Positions 1 to 10,260 of a DNA stretch of 64,000 nt are shown piece by piece. The notes below the pieces were generated by a model. The model did no database searches, had not been told where the DNA came from, and saw only the letters and a list, made by a program, of their open reading frames with translations. The translations under genes and the position numbers were made by a program. Each line of letters starts with the position of its first letter. Position 1 is the stretch's first letter. The stretch is from Felis catus (taxonomy: Eukaryota), in assembly GCF_018350175.1 (NCBI RefSeq), contig NC_058368.1, forward strand, positions 234,982,001 to 235,046,000. The letters run 5' to 3'.

Positions 1-555
1 ATCTCCCGCCTCGCAGGGGGTGTGTGGGGACCCTTGAGGTAACATGTCTGAGGAGCTTAATTTTCTGGGGATGAAAGGATTCATATGAACATGAGATATT
101 ATCAAAGCTAAACATATTTTAAAGCCCCGGGACTCCCATTGAGTTCTTTCTCGGAGGCCTGCTGAATAGTTTAAATGGCTCCAACGTGACTTTGAAGTTT
201 TATTAAAGATGACTGCAAGATCAAACGTGTAAAAGCCTAATGCATAGAGACAGCAGATCAGAGGGCAGGCTTGGCCAAGCCACACTGATGTGACATTGTT
301 TTGATTCCTACAGATGCTTTTATAAACTTTTCTTGTAACTTTAAAAATTGAGATAACTGCCAAGATAGAAGAATAAAATATCATACACCTACCGTCTATT
401 CTTGATAGCTGACATTTGTATATGCTTTGATTACACTCTATTTAAAGATCTCAAATATTAAAGATACAGCTAAAGTCACAGCTAGTCCCCACCATGAGGA
501 GTCCTGTGTACTCCAACTTCTGCTAAGGGTCCAGCGTCATTAGATGGAAAAAAGT

Positions 556-698
556 GTGGCTCCTGGGTGGCCCAGTCGGTTGGGCATCTGACGTCAGCTC
601 AGGTCACTGAGCCCCGCGTCAGGCTCTGTGCTGACGGCTCAGATCCTGGACCCTGCTTCGGATTCTGTGTCTCCCTCTCTCTCTCTGCCCCTCCCCCA

Positions 699-741
<43 letters not shown>

Positions 742-778
742 CCCCTCCCCTCTCTTTCTAAAATAAATAAACATTTTT
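556..778 (+). mobile_element. Can-SINE (SINEC_Fc-type) with internal deletion in the B-box region
   Basis: GGCTCCTGGGTGGCCCAGTCGGTT head, (CT)n tract, AAATAAATAAACATT tail; AAAAAGT on both sides (549-555, 779-785). Confidence 0.93.
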
Positions 779-854
779 AAAAAGTATGCTAGTCTGGTTT
801 TTATATTCACAGTTAATATATTGCATTCCCCAAATTACATACTATTTTGTGTTT

Positions 855-993
855 ACTATTTTTTTGTTTCAAATTTTTACATAAATTCTAATTAATTGAC
901 ACACAGTGCAATATCAATTTCAGGAGTAGAATTTAGTGATTCATCACTTACGTACAACACCCGGTGCTCATCATAACAAGTACCCTCCTTAAT
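855..993 (-). mobile_element. Carnivore L1 3' UTR fragment
   Basis: CAGGAGTAGAATTTAGTGATTCATCACTTACGTACAACACCCGGTGCTCATCATAACAAGTACCCTCCTTAAT is the antisense of the L1_Carn/L1_Fc 3' end. Confidence 0.85.
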
Positions 994-1019
994 ATTAACT
1001 TGTGAGGACATGATACTAT

Positions 1020-3060
1020 GCTTGATGTCCATTTGGTTTTTTTATTCTACATTTTGTTTCTGAGACATGTCTGTACTGACATGGAAAGATCAATGTGATG
1101 TTTGAGTCCATGCATTACAACTGGTACCATGTTATTTATTCTGTATCCAGTTGATAGACATTTGGTTTGTCCCCAAACTTTGAGTCTTGTTTTTTTTTTT
1201 AAGTTTATTTATTTTTGAGAGACAGAGAGAGCAAGCATGAGGGGGGGAAGCTCAAAGAGAGAGGGAGACCCAGAATCCCAAGCAGGTTCCAGGCTCCGAG
1301 CTGTCAGCACAGAGCCGACGCGGGGCTCGAACCCGCAGACTGCGAGATCATGCCCTGGGCTGAAGTCCAGCGCCCAACCAATGAGCCACCCAGGCGCCCT
1401 CCCCAAACTTTGAGTCTTACCACTGGCGCTCAGTGAACCATCTTGTGGGCACCTCCGGTGGGTGTGCATGGGAATTCATCTAGGTTACACATCCAGAGGT
1501 GGGCTTGGTTGCCTGCAGGGCGTGCACACTGCTTAGTTTTCAGGACGCTCACACACAACGCCTGTGATCGCTGAGCTAGTTGGACACCCTGCGGGCAGAG
1601 CAGAAAAAGCCCTTTCCCATGTTTTCCGGCCAACACCTTACTCCACTCCTTGCCCATCCCTCTTTCATAAAAAAGAAAAAGCACTTCCTTGCTGTTTTCA
1701 TGTGCATTTCCCTGGCTATTCCTGAAGGTGAGCATCTTTTCACAAATAGGGTATATAGTCACATTTCTTCCATGAGTTATCTCTTCATTTCCTTTTCGTA
1801 TGGGTTTCTAAGAGTTCCTTTCTTATGCATACTTCTTCTCTTCCCTGCTACCTACGTTGGAATTATTCTCTCCTCGACTGTTCCTTGTGTTTTAAACATT
1901 TACAGTGTCTTTTAAGATACCAGACTCTTACATCTTGAAAGAATCAAATTTACTTACGTTTTTTATTGGCCGGGCTTGTTCTTGTGTTGTTTGAATAATT
2001 AGAACAAACCACAGAAGGATAACTTCAAAACTGCCAGGACAGAGGAGGATCTTTCTTGAGTTCTTTTTCACCTTAGGTGTTCCTCCAACTGGGGTTAGTG
2101 GTGTATCGTGCAAATTAGGAATCTGCTTTTATTTTCCTTTATTTTTCCAAATGGACCCTTGATGGTCTTGATTCACTGAAATAGTCTTTTTCCCACCGGC
2201 CTGGGGTGCTGCGTCCCCAAGGGCAAGGCTTTGTCACTGTGAGCTGTTCTGTTCCTTCCCCGTCACCACACTTCACTTCGTTACAGTCCTTGCCAACGAG
2301 TCTTCACGTTTGCCCCGAGACTTCCTCTGCCAGTTGTGACTCTTCAAAAGCATCTTATCCATATTATCTTATCTTCAAAACACCTTTAATTTTCCATATA
2401 CATTTCTTAATTAATTTGTAAGCTTTCACAGGACTATTACTGCAGGGCTCTTCGCTGAAATTGCTTCAAACTTGCGGGCAAATTTGGAAAGAATTGACAT
2501 GTTTACAATACCAGATCTCCTCTCCTGAGAATAAGACACTTCTCAGAATTTATTTCTATCACCTTTTCATGTGTTGTTGTTGTTGTTGTTGTTTGTAATT
2601 AGAGACTGGCCACCTGGTGTTATTTCTTATTTTATGTTTTATTCTTTTGTAAATGTTTTATTATTTATATAGGACGCTTTATTATTTATATAGAAGCGTC
2701 CTATATAAATTCCACCACAAAGTGCATTTGGTTTAGTCTTTTAGCAGCTACTCTTCTATGTCAAAGAAGATCCTCCACTCCTGGTTTGTTAGGGTTTGTT
2801 TGTTTCATGATGAAGGGCTGTTGACTTTTACGAAACCTTTTTCCTGCGTCTAAGGTAAGAGGGTGATTCATTTCTCCTTTAATCTACTATTGTGGCAAGT
2901 TACGTTGGAATTTCTCTTTCTGTATTCGTTTAAATTATTTTTCCCCCTTTTTAGCATAATGGTGAATACAGGCATTTCAAAAATGGGATGGTAAAAAAGA
3001 AAACAAAAGCTTATAGAAAAATATAACACCTTCCTTAGGCCCTTTCTTATTCTATGAACA
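1020..3060 (-). mobile_element. Ancient, fragmented L1 (L1ME/L1M-like; 3' UTR and ORF2 end), interrupted by a SINE
   Basis: T-rich antisense L1 motifs, e.g. CCAGTTGATAGACATTTGGTTTGT, TGCATTTCCCTGGCTATTCCTGAAGGTGAGCATCTTTT, AATTTGGAAAGAATTGACATGTTTACAATA; boundaries approximate. Confidence 0.65.
1189..1399 (-). mobile_element. Can-SINE (SINEC_Fc-type)
   Basis: Full antisense element with perfect 19-bp TSD TCCCCAAACTTTGAGTCTT (1170-1188, 1400-1418). Confidence 0.97.
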
Positions 3061-3075
3061 GTCACTTTTAAGTGC

Positions 3076-3306
3076 TTTTTTTTTTAATATTTATTTATTT
3101 ACTTTGAGAGGGAGAGAGAGAGCACATGCGTGTGCATGGCAAGTGCGGAGAGAGAGAGAGAGAGAGAGGGAAAGAGAAAATCCAAAGCAGGCTCCACACT
3201 GTCAGCACAGAGTCTGACAGGGGGCTTGAACCCAAGACCTATGAGGTCACGACCTGAGCTGAAACCAAGAGTCAGGAGCTTAACCAACTGAGCCACCCGG
3301 GTGCCC
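3076..3306 (-). mobile_element. Can-SINE (Fc2-like)
   Basis: Poly-T, (GA)n, ...GAGCTGAAACCAAGAGTCAGGAGCTTAACCAACTGAGCCACCCGGGTGCCC. Confidence 0.95.
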
Positions 3307-3700
3307 TTGAACTAATTTTTTAATTGACTTCTGATTTATATGTTTTTCAGGTCACTCCTTATTCCCTGAAGTAATGAGATTTACTTTTTGGTGGGTCTTT
3401 TTTATTCAATTTACTGGGCTCACAGGAGAACCTTTTCAAACTATGGGCATTTTTTTTTTCTTCATCTTTTTGAAATCTAGCAATCCCATTTTGGACTCAT
3501 GTACCAACTTTCACATTTCATTTATTCCTCCTATTTTCTCTTCTTTGTCATTTTTTTCCTGCTTGCTAAGAGCCATTCTGGAACTTCTTTATTGCTATAT
3601 TTCTGCTTTGAATATTTACTTTTCAAGAGCCTTCTCTTGTTTTCTGATCTTTCCTTTTTGGTGGCAACCTGTTCTTGTTTATGGATCAAACGTCACTATG

Positions 3701-3925
3701 TTTTTTTTTTAATTTTTTTAAATGTTTATTTATTTTTGACAGAGAGAGAGAGACAGAGCATGAGTGGGGAAAGGTCAGAGAGAGAGGGAGACATGGAATC
3801 CGAAGCAGGCTCCAGGTTCCGAGCTGTCAGCCCAGAGCCCGACACAGGGCTTGAACTCACAGACCATGAGATCATGACCTGAGCAGAAGTCGGACGCTTA
3901 ACCGACTGAGCCACCCGGGCGCCCC
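3701..3925 (-). mobile_element. Can-SINE (SINEC_Fc-type)
   Basis: Full antisense element ending GAGCCACCCGGGCGCCCC; ATGTTTTTTT on both sides. Confidence 0.96.
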
Positions 3926-4609
3926 ATGTTTTTTTCAGGATATTTACTATAGCCTCGTCTTTACTCTTCTGGCCTGCTTTGAGAGTTGTCTTGTTCCTTT
4001 CATTACATGGGTCTCCTCTCACTTTCCCCTTTATTTTGGCCTCTCTCCTTCATACTAGAAGCTTTGACAAAGAGTGGTGCTCTCTAGATGTTGGCTCCTT
4101 GTTACCAGGGAGATATGAAAGTGGTGACTAAATTCACTGTCACACTTGACAACATGGATTTTTCCATTTACAGTATCCAAATACCATTTGGAGAGGGATT
4201 TCCCCCTCTTGGGGTTCGTAGATGTCCCTGTAAAGCATTCTCCACTCCTTATTTGGGGACACCCCCATGGCCGCTCAGATCCGGGAAGCCGGGAACGGGA
4301 AGTTGGTTCTCATGGTGAGAATTGTTCTTCTGTTCTGCTTTCATACCAGGGTCAAGGGTGCTTCCCTGCTTCCTCCTTTGCCACTGTAGGAATTTGGCTG
4401 CGGTTTTCTCTGAACTCCTCATCAGCTCAGTGCCCCTTACCTTTGTTTCAGAATTCTCACCCCCTTGTATTGTCTTTTCCCATCACTTTTTCCATCATGG
4501 GGAAATACACTTTCCAGAACTTTACTTGCTCTTTAGTGGTGGTGCAGATGGGAGAGAAGATACAAACGTGTGGCTCAGTCACAAGGTTTGCCAGACATAT
4601 TAATAGATT

Positions 4610-4865
4610 TTCTAATTTTTAACCATTCTTTGATTCCTCTTGTAAACTCCCGTTGGTGATGATATATATTTGTTACATGGTTTAATTCAACTTGCCAATA
4701 TCTCATAAGGGGGTTTGCATCTATTTCAAAAGAGACTATGTTTTTTTTCTTATACTTTATGAATTGAAAATCAAGTTCTTTCCATATTTATATTTGTAAA
4801 TCCCTTCTCTGACAGTGAGGAACCTGGTTTCCATGATCCTCAATATGTTCATGTCCTTGATCATT
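4610..4865 (-). mobile_element. Old L1 fragments (ORF2 piece plus L1MC-like 3' UTR piece)
   Basis: CAACTTGCCAATATCTCATAAGGGGGTTTGCATCTATTTC and TATTTGTAAATCCCTTCTCTGACAGTGAGGAACCTGGTTTCCATGATCCTCAATAT resemble antisense L1M/L1MC. Confidence 0.55.
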
Positions 4866-4897
4866 CTTCTTGATATGAAACCAACACAGTAGCCCCA

Positions 4898-5390
4898 TGC
4901 AGGTGCCTCCCCCCTCCACTCCCTCCCGCACCCTCCCCCTTTCTCCCTGAAGTTGCCTCCCCCCTCCACTCCCTCCCACACCCTCCTCCTTCCTCCCTGA
5001 AGTTACCTCCCCCCTCCACTCCCTCCCACACCCTCCTCCTTCCTCCCTGCAGGTGCCTCCCCCCTCCACTCCCTCCTGCACCCTCCCCCTTTCTCCCTGA
5101 AGTTGCCTCCCCCCTCCACTCCCTCCCACACCCTCCTCCTTCCTCCCTGCAGTTACCTCCCCCCTCCACTCCCTGCCACACCCTCCTCCTTCCTCCCTGC
5201 AGGTGCCTCCCCCCTCCACTCCCTCCCACACCCTCCTCCTTCCTCCCTGCAGTTACCTCCCCCCTCCACTCCCTGCCACACCCTCCTCCTTCCTCCCTGC
5301 AGGTGCCTCCCCCCTCCACTCCCTCCCGCCCCTGCCCCCTTCCTCCCTGCAGGTGATTTCCCTCTCCACTCTCTCCCCACCCCCTTCAGG
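4898..5390. repeat. 50-bp C-rich minisatellite, 9 full units plus a degenerate 10th
   Basis: Units start at 4901, 4951, ... 5351; consensus AGGTGCCTCCCCCCTCCACTCCCTCCCACACCCTCCTCCTTCCTCCCTGC. Confidence 0.98.
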
Positions 5391-5847
5391 GGCCCTCCAT
5401 GCCATGCTCCTAACTGCACCAGACCAGCAACTCTGCTCCAAGTGGAAGCCAACCTCGCTTGGCCCCACCAAATGGCTTTTTGACAAAATTGCTTATAAAA
5501 GCAGAAAGGTTGCCTAAAATTTCTTTATTTAAGAAAAGGAAGTAGAAATAATTGACCCACTTTCCCCACAAGTTATAAAGGTAAAGGTAGGTGGGAAGTT
5601 TCTCCAAAGTCTTGTAGCAATCAGTGTTTTTGATGTAATTATAAACTTGCTCAGGCTGTCCACATTCTCCGTTCTGATGCTCCAGGCAAGAGGCATCGTA
5701 AAACCACTGAGTCAGGTTAAGAGAAAGATTTATTATTGGGGGAGGGGATAAATAAATATATGCATATTATTCAGTGTACATATTATATATATATATATAT
5801 ATATTATTGTAAAACATATAAAATATATTACTATTTAATTAGTTATT

Positions 5848-6037
5848 ATTTTTAAGTTTATTTATTTTGAGAGAGAGAGAAAGAGAGAGAGATCAAGTGG
5901 GAGAGGGGCATAGAGAGAGAGAGAAACCCAAGCAGGCACTAACAGTGAGGAGCCCAATGGGGCTTGAACCCCCAGACTGTGAGATCATGACTTAAGCCAA
6001 AGTCAGACACTTAACCGACTGAGCCACCCAGGCGCCC
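5848..6037 (-). mobile_element. Can-SINE
   Basis: TTTATTTATTTTGAGAGAGA... to GAGCCACCCAGGCGCCC. Confidence 0.93.
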
Positions 6038-6314
6038 TGATAAGGTACATAAACTGTAATGCAGGTATTGAAACACGTGTGCCTCTATACATGTGCCGTT
6101 CTGTTAAAGAAGGCAAGCTGACCAGAGCTCACGTTCACTGAAGGCTGAATGAATACAGGAAGCAGACCTTGAACTGGGCTAAGAGCCACCCTTGCCTGGG
6201 GTCCCCGTCTTGGGAGCTCAAACACCGTCTTATTTAATCAGAGGAACTCTGCCAGGCTAATTTGATTGTTCCTGCTTTGCAGATGGGCAAACAGAGGCTT
6301 AGAGCAGTTAGGGA

Positions 6315-6382
6315 CGTGAGATCATGACCCGAGCCGAGATCAAGAGTTGGATGTTTAACCGACTGAGCCACCCAGATGCCCC
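6315..6382 (-). mobile_element. Can-SINE head-only fragment (tRNA-derived part)
   Basis: CGTGAGATCATGACCCGAGCCGAGATCAAGAGTTGGATGTTTAACCGACTGAGCCACCCAGATGCCCC; abuts a MIR-like piece at about 6265-6312. Confidence 0.88.
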
Positions 6383-6402
6383 TAATTATTAATATTATGA
6401 AA

Positions 6403-6403
<1 letters not shown>

Positions 6404-6440
<37 letters not shown>
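6404..6440. repeat. (TA)n microsatellite
   Basis: Uninterrupted TA run of about 18 units. Confidence 0.97.
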
Positions 6441-6444
<4 letters not shown>

Positions 6445-8478
6445 AATATGACATATATATAACCAAAGGCCCTCAACAAACTCAAATGTGGCCCTCCCCC
6501 CCTTCCAGTGTTCCCAAGCAGTGTGACCTCACCAGCAATGAATGACACCCCTTCCCTTTATTTTCAGCCCTGGGATCGCGGAGCACTGATCCCGCTAGGG
6601 TTCTAACAAACAATGGCTGTATCTCTGTTTTCTCAGTGTTCTCAGTTTTAAGATGGGGAGTCGGCTGAGAGTTGACTATTATTATGCAAATTCATACTTT
6701 AATTGCAGATGACAGTCCTGCTGGACTAAAGCCAATCTATTTCTTAGGGTGCTCAGCCACTGGAAATATGTTTTCCTAAACAGTTTTATCATTTTGGATC
6801 AGATTTCAATTCATTTTTTATCCTTCTGTTTCTTTCGGAGTTAGGTCTGTGTTTTGTTTTAATAATGCTGTAGTTGTTATGCATAAATTGTAGGCACTCT
6901 AAAAACGTAATTTAATCCATCCTCATGAGAGCCTGTGAATTGGTGGAACAATTTTTAATGACTTTTATTTTTTTATTTTTATTAAAAATGCAGCAGTGCG
7001 TTATTAAACTTTTGTATACAAAAGATACAAAGAAAAATTTAAAAATCCCTTTTTCCCTTCTTCCCAGAGATAATCAATTTAAAAAACTTGATATATAACT
7101 TTACTTTTTTAAAATATAAGTATACACTTTATAACATTTAGACTATGCTATACTTTAAACACACTTTGCTCTCTTCACTAATTATTATCAAAGTAGCATT
7201 TGCTATGGCTATGTTACTTCAAAATTATAAATAAGCAGAACAGTTTACCCCATGGCTAGAATAAATTCTTTTTAACATTCTCCTGCTCTTGAACACTTGC
7301 CTTGTATCTAACTGATCGATATAATAGAGAAAAGCATGAATTCCGCATGTCTGTGTACTTATTTATTATGTTTCTAATTATTTCATAGAAAAAAAATCTG
7401 AGAGGAAATTGCTACGTGGTCCTGTGCTGGCACCTGTCTGTTCTGTTTTCTCTGCACCTGCTAGGTTTCCTGACACATCGCAAGCCTAGAAAATGTTCGC
7501 CTAATGAATGAGTGACTGAATGGGAATCAGTGCATCCAAATCTGAGATTATTTGAAATCTCTTTCTATGCTGTCAAACTGCTTTCGTGGAAGATGACTCC
7601 AAATGACATTCCCCCTAGGTAGTATCAGCCAAAACAGGCTGTTTCAGGAGCTTAACACACAGAAAAGTTTCTTCTCCTGCCTGAGTTCCATGGCCACCGC
7701 AGGTTGGCGGTTACCCTGGTTACCATCATCCACAGAGAGCCCAAGATGCAGGTGACTGCATTGCAAATGTACCTCCACCCTTGGCTGGGGAAGGCGGTCA
7801 TGCCATATGTTGATGGGATCTGAGGCTCCACCCACACCGGACACACAGCCCTGATGTTCGCAAACCCTCCTTCAGAATAAGCCGCTTGTCCATACTGACA
7901 TTCAGGAGCAGAAAAAGTGTCCCAACGCTAAAAAACAGGAAAGATTTGGTAATGATGTTGATTACTACCACAAAGCGAGTAGTCTTTGCTGGTACTGATT
8001 TTTATCTTAAAATCTTTAATAAAGTGATAGACAAACGTTGCATCTGAGAGGCATTTAGAGCTCACTAATTACAAGTGAGCAGAGGCATTGTTGTATGTGC
8101 TTCACCCCTATTTTTATGACCTTTGGGACTTGTATTTTCTCCAATATTAACAACAACAAACAAGTCATAAAGACCTCATAATGATTCTGGAACACTTAGA
8201 AGGCTGGACACTGTTCCACAAAAGTGTCCGTGCATTATCAATTGATGTGTATGACTTCTTGTGTATTTCAAGTATAAATTCTTTATCAAACATTGCAAAT
8301 ATTCATCCAAGGTGTTTTGGTCTTTTGATTTTGCCTATGATGTTGACAACCCGATGAAAAACTGCTATATCTAATCACAACAATTACTTTTCCCTCTTAT
8401 ATTTTCTTCTTTGGCTATTCACTGACAAATGCTTCCCCATCTCTAAATTAAATGTAAATTCATTTTTAAAATCATTGA

Positions 8479-8689
8479 GGGGTGCCTGGGTGACTCAGTC
8501 AGTTAAGTGTTCGACTCTCGATTTCGGCTCGGGTCGTGATCTCACGGTTTCGTGAGTTCGAACCCCACTCACACTCTCTGCATTGAACCTGCTTGAGATT
8601 CTCCCTCTCTCTCTCTCTCTCTGCCCCTCCTCCACTTGCACTCTGTCTCTCTCAAAATAAATAAACAAACTTTAAATAAATAAATAAAT
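8479..8689 (+). mobile_element. Can-SINE (Fc2-like)
   Basis: GGGGTGCCTGGGTGACTCAGTCAGTTAAG head, CT tract, A-rich tail; TSD ATCATTGA (8471-8478, 8690-8697). Confidence 0.95.
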
Positions 8690-9371
8690 ATCATTGAAAA
8701 TACTTTCTCGGTTATAAATAAATTCACATTCAGTCTCAAAATTTACCTTTTTCATCTATTTGGGATTCTGTTAAATTCATGGTGTGAAGTGACAATCTAT
8801 GGAGGTTTTTCTGAACAGCCGAAATATATAAACAAGTGATCTAATATCCTAACGCTAGTGTCGCTAGTTCGCTAGTTCGCAAAATTATGTAACAAGAGAT
8901 CGTCATTTTCTCCAAGATTTGTGTTGAGCCCTTTCCTGTGTCCTAAAATCTCCTGTATACTAGGCTCTCCTAATGCACTGATCTGATGTGCATGCACTAT
9001 TATCAGATTGATGTGTGTCACTTTTAGGAGCAGTTGAAAAATAGGAAGGGACGAGTCCATGCCAGCCTCTGTCAGCTCGGCAAAAGTGATTTGTCTTCAT
9101 TCCAAAGACAACAGCACATGACAGCGTCTTTTCAGGTAGCTAGATGGGACTGCTGGGGTAGAATTACAACAAACAGTTGTGAAATAGAGAAATAGATCAT
9201 GTGGACAAACGAACGGATAAATGAATTCTCTCGCAGACAAATGCAAAAATGCTGTGGCAACAGATTGTGTGGTCTTAAAGGACGAGAAGGCATTTTCCAG
9301 GCAGTGAAACGCTAGGGAAGGCATTTTAAATCAAAGGCATATCTAGGATTGTAGGTGAGAGATGATCCCTA

Positions 9372-9372
<1 letters not shown>

Positions 9373-9410
<38 letters not shown>
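9373..9410. repeat. (CA)n microsatellite
   Basis: About 19 CA units. Confidence 0.97.
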
Positions 9411-9412
<2 letters not shown>

Positions 9413-9849
9413 TTCACTATCAGGATGATAGCTTGTGACCATTTGATGGACAATTTCTTTGCATTTGAGACTATGGAGTAGGGGGGATTGTGTGTTAAGG
9501 GTGACTGATGGGGGTGCTTACGGATGGAAACCCCCTTACACTTTTCCCCTCTGGCCCTATCTTCTGCTTCAGAGCTCCTCCAGGCTTTATGAGGGGATTG
9601 CTCTCTCCAGAGGATCACAGGTGACTCGATGAGATTTCACACTGTCGGGCCTGAACTGATTTTGTAACAATCTGGGTCTTTGCATTCGATTTTGAATGAG
9701 AGGCTAGGTCAAGTTAACATTCTAAAAACATCATTTATTCTGTCTGCAGGAGAAATTAAGTCAGTTTACAAGGAATGGCAAAATTGAAGAAAAAGTTGGG
9801 ACCAGATTGTTTTGTTTCTGGCAAGGGTGTTCCAGGACTGCAAACAGTG

Positions 9850-10260
9850 TGGGTAAGAGGTAGGAGATGGGATGGATGAGGGCCAGGTAAGTGACAGGAC
9901 TGGACAGGCAAGCAGAGCAGATGGTGAGGGGCATTCTACACCTTGTGACTCACTTGACGTTTTGCCATGGAAGAGTATTGAGCTACAGAGTAGTGTGATC
10001 AGGTGTGAGCGGAAAGAAGAACAGGAACATGGAGAATAATCTGGAACCAAAGAGACCAGTTTGGGAAAAAAATCTGTTGTGGTGTTCCAGGAGAAATGAC
10101 TGCCAACTCAAATAGGGTAGCGTAGGTAGGGATGGAGAAAAGTGAATCTGGTTCAAGAACATTAAGGAAATGGAATTTTCCAGAGTTGATTGGTGATTTG
10201 TGTGGGTGGCAAGAGAGAGAGAGCATGCCCCATCCAGGGTTGGCAGTTTGGAGTTCAGGA
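9850..10260 (-). mobile_element. L2 relic
   Basis: Purine-rich antisense L2 pattern (GAGACCAGTTTGGG...TGTTGTGGTGTTCCAGGAGAAATGA...GGGATGGAGAAAAGTGAATCTGGTTCAAGAACATT). Confidence 0.65.

Noticed and set aside
4898..5390. CRISPR-like array
   Set aside because: Units are contiguous near-identical copies with no unique spacers, in mammalian DNA with no cas genes.
4757..5517. Overlapping repetitive ORFs of 74-152 aa
   Set aside because: Translations of the stop-poor 50-bp minisatellite; the period is not a multiple of 3.
8852..8880. CGCTAGT(G)T repeated about 3.5 times
   Set aside because: Tiny slippage repeat with no further structure.
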